Origin: Bacillota bacterium | GTDB taxonomy: Bacteria > Bacillota > Limnochordia > DTU087 | NCBI GenBank assembly: GCA_012519025.1 | Contig: JAAYQZ010000040.1 | Span: forward strand, 5,294-69,293 | Direction: 5' to 3' | DNA length: 64,000 bases | Shown: positions 19,263 to 28,151 of the stretch, in pieces | Layout: every line of letters begins with the position of its first letter | How positions within the stretch are numbered: the stretch's first letter is position 1 | Made by a program: the position numbers and the translations under genes | Notes under the pieces: generated by a model | What the model saw: only the letters and a program-made list of their open reading frames with translations | Databases searched by the model: none | What the model was told of the DNA's origin: nothing

Positions 19263-20478
19263 TTTCCCGAGCCTGATCTTCGGGGGATGCCGGGACCGCC
19301 AACCAAATAAAACAAGTACCCAAAAGAGCCACATACCCCGCGATGCGAAAGGCAGTGAAGATACCGGCTGCATCAAGCAGGCGGCCGACTATAACACCGC
19401 CTACAATTCCCGACAGACTCCAAGTGACGGTTGCCAAAATTGCTTGGCCGGTGGTGCGAAACTGTTTGGGAACTAGGGCATCGACCATCAAAACCGACGC
19501 AACTTGGAAAAAGGCGAAACCGATTCCGGTCAATGTCTGCAAGATGATGGCAATACCGGGGCTGGGATACAAGACATTCAAAAGCAGCTTTAACCCAAAC
19601 AAACCTGTGCTGGCCACCAGTACAGGTTTGTGGCCGAAACGGTTAATCAGCTTCGGTGCCGCTAAAAATAAAGGGACTTCGACCACAGCTGTCAATCCAA
19701 ACGCATAGCCTGTGTAGCTGGCCGGGACTCCTAAAGCATCGAAGTAAAGTGTCAGGAAATTGTCAGCTGCAGCGAAAGGCATCATCACAAGGAAGAGTCC
19801 AATCAACAGCATGACTAGCGGTGGATTGGCCAGTACAGCTCTAAGCGGCACGGTTGATGGTTTATCTGCCTCAGTTTTTCCATCCCTGTCAGGATGAATA
19901 CCTAAAACAATGAACATACTCGCCATAGTAATGATGAAGTATGAGACAAACATACTGCCAAAACCGATGAGTTCGTAGACTTTGCCAAAGATCAGGCTCG
20001 TCAAAGCAAAACCAAAAGAACCCCACAACCGGTAGCTGCCGTATGTGTCTTTGGCATCACCTAAAACATCTAAGGTAATACCATCAAGCATTGGGTTTAG
20101 TGAACCGGCAAACACGGCGTGGGCTAATCTAATGATGCTAAACAATAAAAAACTGCCTGCAGCCAAAGGCTGCACTAAAGTAAGCAAAGCAGCGATGCCC
20201 AACGCAGCAGCAAGGATATGGCTTTTATTGGCAAGATCAGATACTCGGCCCCACACAGGTTGAGAAAGTAAGATGAGCAGACTGCCGAGGCTTGTCATTA
20301 AACCGATATTGGTCCCAGACCATCCTAAGGTTTTATTGAGATAAAGATTGAAAAAAGGAAACATCAGGCCTTGGGCCATATAAAGTGTACCAAATGCTAG
20401 GCCGACCAGCCTGTGCTTTGACAAAGCATTTCCTACTGACCCTTTTGTGTCAGGCGTATTTTTGATCAAACACTTCAC
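19234..20478 (-). CDS. MFS transporter
   Basis: An integral membrane protein of about 12 transmembrane segments with MFS-like loop motifs. Confidence 0.65.
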   Translation of the reverse strand: MKCLIKNTPDTKGSVGNALSKHRLVGLAFGTLYMAQGLMFPFFNLYLNKTLGWSGTNIGLMTSLGSLLILLSQPVWGRVSDLANKSHILAAALGIAALLTLVQPLAAGSFLLFSIIRLAHAVFAGSLNPMLDGITLDVLGDAKDTYGSYRLWGSFGFALTSLIFGKVYELIGFGSMFVSYFIITMASMFIVLGIHPDRDGKTEADKPSTVPLRAVLANPPLVMLLIGLFLVMMPFAAADNFLTLYFDALGVPASYTGYAFGLTAVVEVPLFLAAPKLINRFGHKPVLVASTGLFGLKLLLNVLYPSPGIAIILQTLTGIGFAFFQVASVLMVDALVPKQFRTTGQAILATVTWSLSGIVGGVIVGRLLDAAGIFTAFRIAGYVALLGTCFIWLAVPASPEDQARETTRDCSHSS

Positions 20479-20567
20479 CTCACCAGTAGATACATGAGAT
20501 CAGAAGCACATTGAGGGCCTGAAGACAGCATCGATGGCAAGGAAAGTTGTTTGAATATCTGCTGCGA

Positions 20568-22760
20568 TTAGATGATTAGACTAAGGGATATCCGCCCTCT
20601 TTCGAGATCTGCGTCTAAGATACGCACCTTTACTATATCTCCCACTGCGACGACATCCAGCGGGTGAGCTACATAACTTTGACTCATTTCCGAAATGTGA
20701 ATCAACCCATCGCGATTTACTCCAATATCGACAAAAGCACCAAAATCGACTACATTGGTGATCGTACCTGTTAAAAGCATATCCGGGCGCAAATCCTCCA
20801 TAGTGAGGACATCTTTGCGGAAAAGGGGCTTGGGCAGTTCTTCTCTGGGATCTCTGCCTGGTTTTTGCAGGGCATCGATAATATCTGCCACTGTGGGAAG
20901 CCCGGCGTTCAACTGTCGAGCTGTGGAGGCAGCCTCCAGCTCCGAAAGACTTGATTTCAAATCCGCGGTGTGGCTTGAGTCAAGGGAGAACTTCTCCAAT
21001 GGGACCCCGGCAATAGTCAAGATGTTTTCAGCAAGAGCATAGGATTCGGGATGCACAGGGGTATTATCCAGTATGTTGACAGCCTGTCTGATGCGTAAAA
21101 AGCCCGCGCATTGAGTGAACGTTTTCGGGCCCAGCCCTTTAATATCCAAGAGCTCTTGTCTGGCGGTAAAAGGTCCCTGATCCTGACGATATTGAACAAT
21201 GCGTCTGGCAAGAGTGTTTGAGATACCGGCTACATACTGAAGCAGTGTGGGGCTTGCTGTATTTAACTCAACTCCTACATGGTTGACACAGGATTCCACC
21301 ACTCCCTCGAGTGTATCGGTCAACTGCCTTTGGTTGACATCATGCTGATATTGCCCGACTCCAATGGAACCCGGGTGGATTTTAACTAACTCAGCCAAAG
21401 GATCCTGCACTCTGCGCCCGATACTTACCGCCCCTCGCAAGGAAACATCAAGATCGGGAAGTTCTTCCCGGGCCAATTCGGACGCGGAGTAAACTGAAGC
21501 ACCAGCTTCGTTTATAACTAAATACTGCACGCTTTTGGGGCTTTGTTCAATTACCTCGCTGATCAAAACTTCGGTCTCCCGGGAGGCAGTACCGTTGCCC
21601 ACGGAAATTAAATCTATGCCGTAGGTGTCGATTAAGTGGAGCAATTCCGCTTTGGCTGCTTCCCACCTTCCCTGAGGGGCATGGGGGTAAATGGTTGCAG
21701 TGTGCAGTAAATCGCCTTGTTCGTCTAAAACAGCCACTTTACAACCGGTGCGGTAGGCGGGATCGACACCCATTACCCTATGCCCCGAGATTGGCGGCTG
21801 CAGCAAAAGCTGTCTTAAATTGGCAGCAAATACTTTAATGGCCTGTTCTTCCGCGGCCTCAGTCAGTTGCTTGCGAAGCTCCCGTTCTATACTGGGAGCC
21901 AAAAGTCTTTGATAGGCATCCTGACATGCTTCTTTAAGTAAAGACGCAAAAGGCCCGTGGGGTACACGGATAACTTGTTTTTGTATCATGGAAGTAATTT
22001 TCTCTACAGGTACATCTACATTAACTCGCAGGACCTCTTCCTTTTCCCCTCGGTTGATGGCTAAAGTGCGGTGGGATGGTATAGAAGTGACGGCTTCGGT
22101 ATAGTCGTAGTAATGCTCAAATTTTGTTAGCGGTAGCTTTCCATCATCATCAGGCTCCAGGCGGCAGCTGGTTTTTAAAGTGCCGTTTTTTGTACTTAGG
22201 TCCCGCACAAGCCCGCGGATTTTGGCATCATCGGCAATCCACTGTGCGATGATGTCCAAAGCGCCGGTTTGGGCGTCTTCCCAGGTCTCAACACCTGCCT
22301 GGGGATTGACATATGAAGCTGAAATATCGGGCAGATTGCCTGTTTGGGATTCCTGTTTGAAAATCAACTCGGCCAAAGGTGTCAGCCCTTTTTCGGCAGC
22401 GACAACTGCTCGGGTGCGGCGCTTAGGCCGGTACGGCCGATACAAATCTTCCACTTCCTGCAGTTTGGCAGCTTTGGCAATGTCGTTTTCCAATTCAGGA
22501 GTCAATTGATCTTGTTCGCTGATCAAACGAAGAACTTCGGTTTTGCGTTTTTGTAGATTTTCATGATAGCTGAGTCTTTCGGCAGTATCTCTAAGCACAA
22601 CTTCATCCAGCTCGCCGGTGGCTTCTTTGCGATAGCGTGCGATGAAAGGGATTGTGTTGCCGTCATCAAGGAGTTCTTTTACACTCTGCACTTGTTTTGG
22701 CTTAATACCGAGTTCATGGGCTATGAATTTAAAAATTTCAGCAGATATTGTCACTGGCAT
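20568..22760 (-). CDS. tex: Tex-like transcription accessory protein (YqgF/HhH/S1 domains)
   Basis: 730 aa. The C-terminal S1 domain and HhH motifs are characteristic of Tex. Confidence 0.85.
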   Translation of the reverse strand: MPVTISAEIFKFIAHELGIKPKQVQSVKELLDDGNTIPFIARYRKEATGELDEVVLRDTAERLSYHENLQKRKTEVLRLISEQDQLTPELENDIAKAAKLQEVEDLYRPYRPKRRTRAVVAAEKGLTPLAELIFKQESQTGNLPDISASYVNPQAGVETWEDAQTGALDIIAQWIADDAKIRGLVRDLSTKNGTLKTSCRLEPDDDGKLPLTKFEHYYDYTEAVTSIPSHRTLAINRGEKEEVLRVNVDVPVEKITSMIQKQVIRVPHGPFASLLKEACQDAYQRLLAPSIERELRKQLTEAAEEQAIKVFAANLRQLLLQPPISGHRVMGVDPAYRTGCKVAVLDEQGDLLHTATIYPHAPQGRWEAAKAELLHLIDTYGIDLISVGNGTASRETEVLISEVIEQSPKSVQYLVINEAGASVYSASELAREELPDLDVSLRGAVSIGRRVQDPLAELVKIHPGSIGVGQYQHDVNQRQLTDTLEGVVESCVNHVGVELNTASPTLLQYVAGISNTLARRIVQYRQDQGPFTARQELLDIKGLGPKTFTQCAGFLRIRQAVNILDNTPVHPESYALAENILTIAGVPLEKFSLDSSHTADLKSSLSELEAASTARQLNAGLPTVADIIDALQKPGRDPREELPKPLFRKDVLTMEDLRPDMLLTGTITNVVDFGAFVDIGVNRDGLIHISEMSQSYVAHPLDVVAVGDIVKVRILDADLERGRISLSLII

Positions 22761-22764
22761 CTTC

Positions 22765-23337
22765 CTATTGTTTGTTAAATTGGGCGAAGGTCTTGGGCAG
22801 CTCTACAATATGAATGGATGTTAAAGGCCAATAACGCCAAATCGCCCGCCCTTCCACCAGTTTCATGGGCACAAATCCCACCAGCCGACTGCGGCTGTCG
22901 TGGCTGTTGGTGCGGTTGTCTCCCAGTACAAATACGGAGTTCTCCGGAATCTTCAGTGCCGGCAGATCACCTCGGCCTTTTTCTGTTAAGTAATCTTCAT
23001 CAAGCTTTTTGCCGTTAATATACACATCCCCACTGTTTATGCTTACTACATCACCGGGGATGCCGATAACCCGCTTAATAAAATGCTCACGAGGGTTGGC
23101 AGGATATTTAAATACAATGACTTCTCCCCGCTCAGGCGGCCTAAACCTGTATGTGAGTTTGTCGATGAGCAGTTTCTCACCGGTATGAAGTGTGGGGAGC
23201 ATAGAAGGACCATCTACAGTGAAGGCCCGGGCCACAAAAGCCATAATGAATAAGGCTAAAATTATGGCCCCTCCCACAGTTTCCGCCAACTCCCGCCACA
23301 TGGGCTTCTCTGGGCCCGGAGTGCTGAATATAAACAC
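22765..23337 (-). CDS. lepB: Signal peptidase I, GTG start
   Basis: The SPase I box GPSMxPTL, plus GDNRxNSxDSR. An AAAGGGGA RBS is upstream. Confidence 0.85.
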   Translation of the reverse strand: MFIFSTPGPEKPMWRELAETVGGAIILALFIMAFVARAFTVDGPSMLPTLHTGEKLLIDKLTYRFRPPERGEVIVFKYPANPREHFIKRVIGIPGDVVSINSGDVYINGKKLDEDYLTEKGRGDLPALKIPENSVFVLGDNRTNSHDSRSRLVGFVPMKLVEGRAIWRYWPLTSIHIVELPKTFAQFNKQ

Positions 23338-23368
23338 AACATCATCCCCTTTAGCAACTTAAAATAAA

Positions 23369-23456
23369 GGCGTATCCACCTCTGTAAAACCGACGTGTGG
23401 CGGCGACAGATAGCTTCATCTGCCGGACACTTTCGGCTGGCAAGGTGGCATACGCC
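23369..23456 (-). other. Candidate structured RNA or leader element 31 nt upstream of lepB. A 12-bp closing stem encloses internal hairpins and is followed by a U-rich tract.
   Basis: GGCGUAUGCCACC...GGUGGAUACGCC closing helix. Inner hairpins include GCCG-AAAGUGUC-CGGC and CAGAU-GAAGCU-AUCUG. UUUAUUUUAAG follows on the minus strand. Confidence 0.3.
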
Positions 23457-23532
23457 GTCGGTGGTCACACATGACCTTAATTCTGCTGTTGATTGCAAAA
23501 TCCTGCCCTGACTCCCCTCCGGTTCCCCCGAG

Positions 23533-24135
23533 TCAATCAAATTCCCACAAACACCGTTCCCTCAATCTGTTGTATATCTTAACTACTTTTTGAAAACGCT
23601 GTGGTTGACGTTTAGCCAGGGCTTCATCGATCTCTTCCCTAAGCAAAATAATCCAGATGGCCAAATCCAACTGTTCCCGGAAAATATCGCTGGTTTCTTC
23701 CTCTTCCACAGGAGTCTCCACTTCCGATGGGCCGGCGGGACTGGGTTCCACTATTTGTGAGTACCACTCCGGTGTTTCCCCGGCAAAACAAAACTGAGTG
23801 TAAAGCTTGCCATCGAAATTTTCCAGTGCCGCCCAAGCCTCCATGGGATCGTTTAGACACATTCGACGGGTCCGCTTCACATGGCGCACCAAACGGCCGT
23901 TAACCAAGGAGACTTCTTCCTGCCGTCTTGCCCCCAGTTCTAGCTGAAAACTCATCCGTGAGCTCCCCAGTTCCGATACCAGCAAAGTATTGGCCAGCAT
24001 TGTCTTATCTTCTACAAAGACAAGCTTTTCCATGAGTTCTTCGTTATGCATAAGACGATGCAAAAAAACCTTACTGGAAGGATTTTTTAACAACAGTTGG
24101 CTGAACTCCAGAATCGCACGTTGCTTGGCATCCAC
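23533..24135 (-). CDS. Hypothetical protein with an acidic Pro/Glu linker and a C-terminal helical region
   Basis: An ORF with sensible codon usage. No family was recognised. Confidence 0.45.
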   Translation of the reverse strand: MDAKQRAILEFSQLLLKNPSSKVFLHRLMHNEELMEKLVFVEDKTMLANTLLVSELGSSRMSFQLELGARRQEEVSLVNGRLVRHVKRTRRMCLNDPMEAWAALENFDGKLYTQFCFAGETPEWYSQIVEPSPAGPSEVETPVEEEETSDIFREQLDLAIWIILLREEIDEALAKRQPQRFQKVVKIYNRLRERCLWEFD

Positions 24136-24400
24136 TTATCTCACCCCGGACTTTCCTAGTTTCTCTTCGGTCATTCCATACCTATGCCCTCACATGCGTT
24201 CCATACACTAGAACTAGGTCCTTATAAGCGCCGAACTCTCACTAGTTTATATTATTCAATAAGTATACCGTGAATCCCTTTCTTGTAAGTTAGCCCTTTG
24301 CAACCAGCTAATGGCATTTTCTCCTTACTCTACCGTCTTCACCACACAGCATATACGGGCCATATGATAAGACAAATACTGCACAATAGGAGGAACGTTA

Positions 24401-25405
24401 ATGCTTCCATCCGGTCAACTAACATCTTTCATTGGGCCAAAGAGGCCCACCATCGGCCTGGCCCTTGGAGGCGGCGGTTTAAGGGGAGTCGCCCATATTG
24501 GTGTACTGGAAGTGCTGCAAAATCACGGACTGCAGATCGATATGATTGCCGGTACAAGTGCCGGCAGTATCGTTGCCATGCTGCATGCTTTAGGATGGCT
24601 TCCTCAAGATATGATCGATTTCGTGTTAGAGCTTAATGTCAGCGACTACGCCGATTATATCAACAACGTTTTAGCCTATATTTTAATGGGGCTGCACACT
24701 GTGTTAGATCAGTTGGCCTGGCCCCATCACTGGCTGCCTCCGGCTCCTATGGGCATTATTAAGGGCAAGCGCCTGGAGCGTTTGTTGGGTACATTAAGCG
24801 CCAGTAAGGACTTCTCCCAGGTAAAGATTCCGCTTTTTATCACGGCCACTGAAATCTGCAGCGGCAGACTGGTTTGTTTTTGTCCACCGGGATTTGTCGC
24901 CGGGTTAGACAGCTTAAGGCCGGAAATTATTTTTACAGGTGAAAGTTCTTTAGTTAAAGCTGTTCGGGCCAGTACGGCCATCCCGGGTGTTTTTCAACCG
25001 GCTCGATGGCAAAACCGGCTGCTTGTAGATGGAGGTGTTAAAAACAATGTCCCCTCTGATCTTTTACGCTGGGCCGGAGCAGATTTGGTCATTGCCGTTG
25101 ACTTGGGGTTTGTATCTCAAGCCAACAATGACATCGATACCATTTTAGAAATCATTTTGCAGTCGTTGGACATTATGGGCCAAACAAATACCGAGATCCG
25201 CCTGGAACAAACAGCAGATATCATAATTCAACCCAAAACCGGATCTGCTTCCCTTTCTGAGGTACGCAAAATGCCCGCTATGATCGAAACTGGTCGTCAA
25301 GCTGCTGTTGATGTCTGGCCGCAGATTGATCTTTTAATGCGAAATTTTTGCAAAAGACGCCAAGGCACTTTCCTACAATCGTTTCAAACACTTGGTCACT
25401 GGTAA
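24401..25405 (+). CDS. Patatin-like phospholipase family protein
   Basis: GGGxRG oxyanion motif (GGGGLRG) and the GTSAG serine nucleophile motif. An AGGAGGAA RBS is present. Confidence 0.8.
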   Translation: MLPSGQLTSFIGPKRPTIGLALGGGGLRGVAHIGVLEVLQNHGLQIDMIAGTSAGSIVAMLHALGWLPQDMIDFVLELNVSDYADYINNVLAYILMGLHTVLDQLAWPHHWLPPAPMGIIKGKRLERLLGTLSASKDFSQVKIPLFITATEICSGRLVCFCPPGFVAGLDSLRPEIIFTGESSLVKAVRASTAIPGVFQPARWQNRLLVDGGVKNNVPSDLLRWAGADLVIAVDLGFVSQANNDIDTILEIILQSLDIMGQTNTEIRLEQTADIIIQPKTGSASLSEVRKMPAMIETGRQAAVDVWPQIDLLMRNFCKRRQGTFLQSFQTLGHW

Positions 25406-25426
25406 AAGATCACAGCCTGTTCCCCC

Positions 25427-25456
25427 TTGACACTTCCGCGGTGCCCGCGGTATACT
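25427..25456 (+). promoter_or_regulatory. Sigma-A promoter upstream of the imuB-like gene
   Basis: TTGACA, an 18-nt spacer, then TATACT. Confidence 0.55.
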
Positions 25457-25463
25457 TTTGATA

Positions 25464-25477
25464 CGAACGGTTGTTTG
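25464..25477 (+). promoter_or_regulatory. Candidate Gram-positive LexA (Cheo/DinR) box
   Basis: CGAACGGTTGTTTG has one mismatch to CGAAC-N4-GTTCG and sits immediately downstream of the -10 element. Confidence 0.45.
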
Positions 25478-25512
25478 CGGAATGCTTGTTCGGTTGATGG
25501 GAGGTAGGAATT

Positions 25513-26730
25513 GTGAACCCCTGCATAGCATACATCCAGCTGCACCATTTTTATGCATTATTGGAGGCAAAACACCAACCTGCACTTCGGGGCAAACCTT
25601 TTGCGATCGTCCGTTCCGGTAAGATCATTGACGCCTCTTTTCAGTGCGAACAATTTAACATTTACCCGGGTATGGGACTGCGCCAAGCCCATCTGGCCTG
25701 CCCATCGTTGAGGGTGGTAAACACTGAAAGCGATCCTGAGCCCCATTTGGAAAAATTCAAAGATATTTGTGCAAGCCTGACTCCAATTGTAGAGCCGGTG
25801 GGAGAGCCGGGAGTATTTTTAGATCTTTCAGGTTTTGGCAAACCTCACCTGGCAGTAAAGAAAGTAATTACAAAACTCATGAGGGAATGGCCGTTTCCAT
25901 GGTATATGGGTACAGCATCCAGTAAGTTGGCAGCTAAAATTGCCTGTCGGGAAGCAGTTAACCAAGGAAAAAGCAGATCTAGATCTTATTTTTTATCAAT
26001 AGAGCCTGCCCAAGAAAAAGCTTTCCTTGCACCTTTGAGTGTGGAGTGCTTATGGCCTTGGCCGCAGGTCCATAAAAAGCTGCAAAATCTTGGCGTATAT
26101 ACCATTGGGCAGCTGTTTGATGTACCCCGCAGGCAGCTTTGTCTGCAGTTGGGCGAAAAGATGGGAAATGCCTTATATGATGCAGCCCGGGGGGTTGACT
26201 CTACCCCTGTGCAAAGTCTTTATCCTCCCAAAACAGTGCAGGGTTATTTGCAATTGGCACCTGAAGAAAATGGTTGTACAAACCGGCAATCTTTAATCAG
26301 ATCCTTGCTCCCCGCCTTACATGAAGCAGCAGCCCGGCTTGGGGCAAAAGGCAGCATCTGCACTCGTTTGAAGTTGTTTGTAGAGTATGATATTGATGGC
26401 GAACATGCTGTCCAAAGGGTTTTTGAACATCATCCTAAAGACGGTTTGCAAACTAAAACAGAGCTTTTGCACACAGTGGAAAAGATCATCATGGAAGAGC
26501 CTTGGCCCGGTCCCATCTTAGGGATGAGATTCATGCTTATGGGGCTAAAACCCTCAAAAATCCGACAGACCAATTTGATGCCGCGAATTTGGGGGCCAAA
26601 ACAACCGACACAGTTTGTGCAAACTGTGGCTGCTTTGCAAAACAGATTTGGCAGCAAAAACATTTTCTTGGCTAAGGATATGGTTATTCCCCGGCGAGAA
26701 CGTATGCTGCAGCTTTTAATAAAGTACTAA
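25513..26730 (+). CDS. imuB: Catalytically inactive Y-family DNA polymerase (ImuB-like), GTG start
   Basis: A Y-family palm/fingers fold with the catalytic DxD replaced (IAYIQLHHFYALLE where DinB has VDMDCFFAAVE). It lies next to a PHP-domain DnaE and behind an SOS-type box. Confidence 0.7.
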   Translation: MNPCIAYIQLHHFYALLEAKHQPALRGKPFAIVRSGKIIDASFQCEQFNIYPGMGLRQAHLACPSLRVVNTESDPEPHLEKFKDICASLTPIVEPVGEPGVFLDLSGFGKPHLAVKKVITKLMREWPFPWYMGTASSKLAAKIACREAVNQGKSRSRSYFLSIEPAQEKAFLAPLSVECLWPWPQVHKKLQNLGVYTIGQLFDVPRRQLCLQLGEKMGNALYDAARGVDSTPVQSLYPPKTVQGYLQLAPEENGCTNRQSLIRSLLPALHEAAARLGAKGSICTRLKLFVEYDIDGEHAVQRVFEHHPKDGLQTKTELLHTVEKIIMEEPWPGPILGMRFMLMGLKPSKIRQTNLMPRIWGPKQPTQFVQTVAALQNRFGSKNIFLAKDMVIPRRERMLQLLIKY

Positions 26731-26748
26731 AACAGGAAGTAATCTGTT

Positions 26749-26991
26749 ATGACCCGGCGCATCAATTTACCGATTCAAGTTACCTGTGCAGGAAAAAGAC
26801 CCTTGACTTTCCTGTGGCAAGATAAAACCTATACAATTACAAAAATCATCAAGTATTGGCGAGAAAGCGGCGAATGGTGGGAAAAAGCCCCGGAGCTTGA
26901 AGTATATCATGTTCTTACCGACACTCAGGGGCTTTATGAACTCCATCATACCATAACCGGCCGATGGCTTTTGTACAGAATCTATGATTAG
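26749..26991 (+). CDS. Small 80-aa Trp-rich protein co-transcribed with imuB. It may be a detached ImuB C-terminal (DUF4113-like) domain.
   Basis: An 18-nt gap after imuB and an ATG start. The 3' end overlaps the convergent trpS stop by 4 nt. Confidence 0.4.
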   Translation: MTRRINLPIQVTCAGKRPLTFLWQDKTYTITKIIKYWRESGEWWEKAPELEVYHVLTDTQGLYELHHTITGRWLLYRIYD

Positions 26992-27986
26992 CTGTGGGTA
27001 AGCAGGCCCAATCGATCCCGAAAACGGTTTAAAGTAGGCAAAGCCAAAGGTTCTGCCTTTTTTCTGCCTTCGGCTAAAATTGCCTCGATCACACCGGGCT
27101 CGGAAAGCTCCGCAAACCGCTTTTGAATAGGGGTCAAGGTCTCTACAACTACTTCAGCTAGATCTTTTTTGAAGTCTCCGTAGCCGCTATCAGCATAATT
27201 ACTTTGGATTTCATCTAAAGATTGTCCAGAACACAAAGAGTAAATAACCATCAAGTTCGATACAGCGGCTTTGTTCTCTTCATCATAATATATCTCTCGC
27301 CCGGAGTCTGTTACAGCAGAACGTATTTTCTTGCGGATTTCGTCAGGCGAATCTAAAATACCGATATTGCCCCGGGGGTTTTCAGTAGATTTACTCATTT
27401 TCTCGTAAGGGTCCTGGAGATTCATAATCCGTCCGCCTGCGGCCCTTGGTGGGATATAAGGTTTCGGCACCTTAAAGATTTCCTCATCAAAGCGATTGTT
27501 GACCCTCACTGCTATATCCCGGGCCAATTCCAAGTGCTGCTTTTGATCATCCCCTACAGGGACTTCATCAGATTGATAAAGCAGTATATCGGCAGCCATC
27601 AATACCGGGTAAGTAAGCAGCCCCGAGGTGACTACTTCTTGTCGGCTGGCTTTGTCTTTATATTGGGTCATGCGCCGCAGTTCGCCATCATAGGTAGTGC
27701 ATTCCAAAAGCCAGCTCAGTTCCGAGTGGGCCGGCACATGGGACTGCACGAAAATTGTAGCCCTGTTTGGATCAATACCACTGGCTACAAAAATTCTGGC
27801 CACATCTAAAGTGCGTTGATGCAGTTCTTTCGGATCTTGCGGGACTGTCAGGGCATGTAAGTCAACTACACAAAACAGACAGTCTGCCTCATACTGCAGT
27901 TTTGCGAAATTTCGCAGGGCTCCCAGGTAATTACCGATGGTTAAAGAGCCGCTGGGTTGTACACCTGAGAAAACTCGTTTTGCCAT
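26988..27986 (-). CDS. trpS: Tryptophan--tRNA ligase
   Basis: Class I HIGN-type motif (PSGSLTIGNYLG) and KMSKS. The start is placed at MAKRVFSG; the long ORF extends to 28013. Confidence 0.85.
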   Translation of the reverse strand: MAKRVFSGVQPSGSLTIGNYLGALRNFAKLQYEADCLFCVVDLHALTVPQDPKELHQRTLDVARIFVASGIDPNRATIFVQSHVPAHSELSWLLECTTYDGELRRMTQYKDKASRQEVVTSGLLTYPVLMAADILLYQSDEVPVGDDQKQHLELARDIAVRVNNRFDEEIFKVPKPYIPPRAAGGRIMNLQDPYEKMSKSTENPRGNIGILDSPDEIRKKIRSAVTDSGREIYYDEENKAAVSNLMVIYSLCSGQSLDEIQSNYADSGYGDFKKDLAEVVVETLTPIQKRFAELSEPGVIEAILAEGRKKAEPLALPTLNRFRDRLGLLTHS

Positions 27987-28151
27987 ATTGCGCGGTGCCG
28001 GTGGTTTTACCACTGCACCTTTTATCCCCTTTCAAAGCTCCTGTTCTGGTGTTTAGTCAATAGACAGGCAGATGCTTAAATTACTTGCCTTAATTAGCTT
28101 TGCTATAGAAGCAAGGAATCCTGCTTAAGCGAGTTTTAGACACAAAGAGGT

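Noticed and set aside
27987-28151. Looked for a T-box leader upstream of trpS and a LexA box upstream of dnaE
   Set aside because: The intergenic region is only about 140-165 nt. No T-box consensus (AATTAGGGTGGTACCGCG) is present and no GAAC-N4-GTTC is found.
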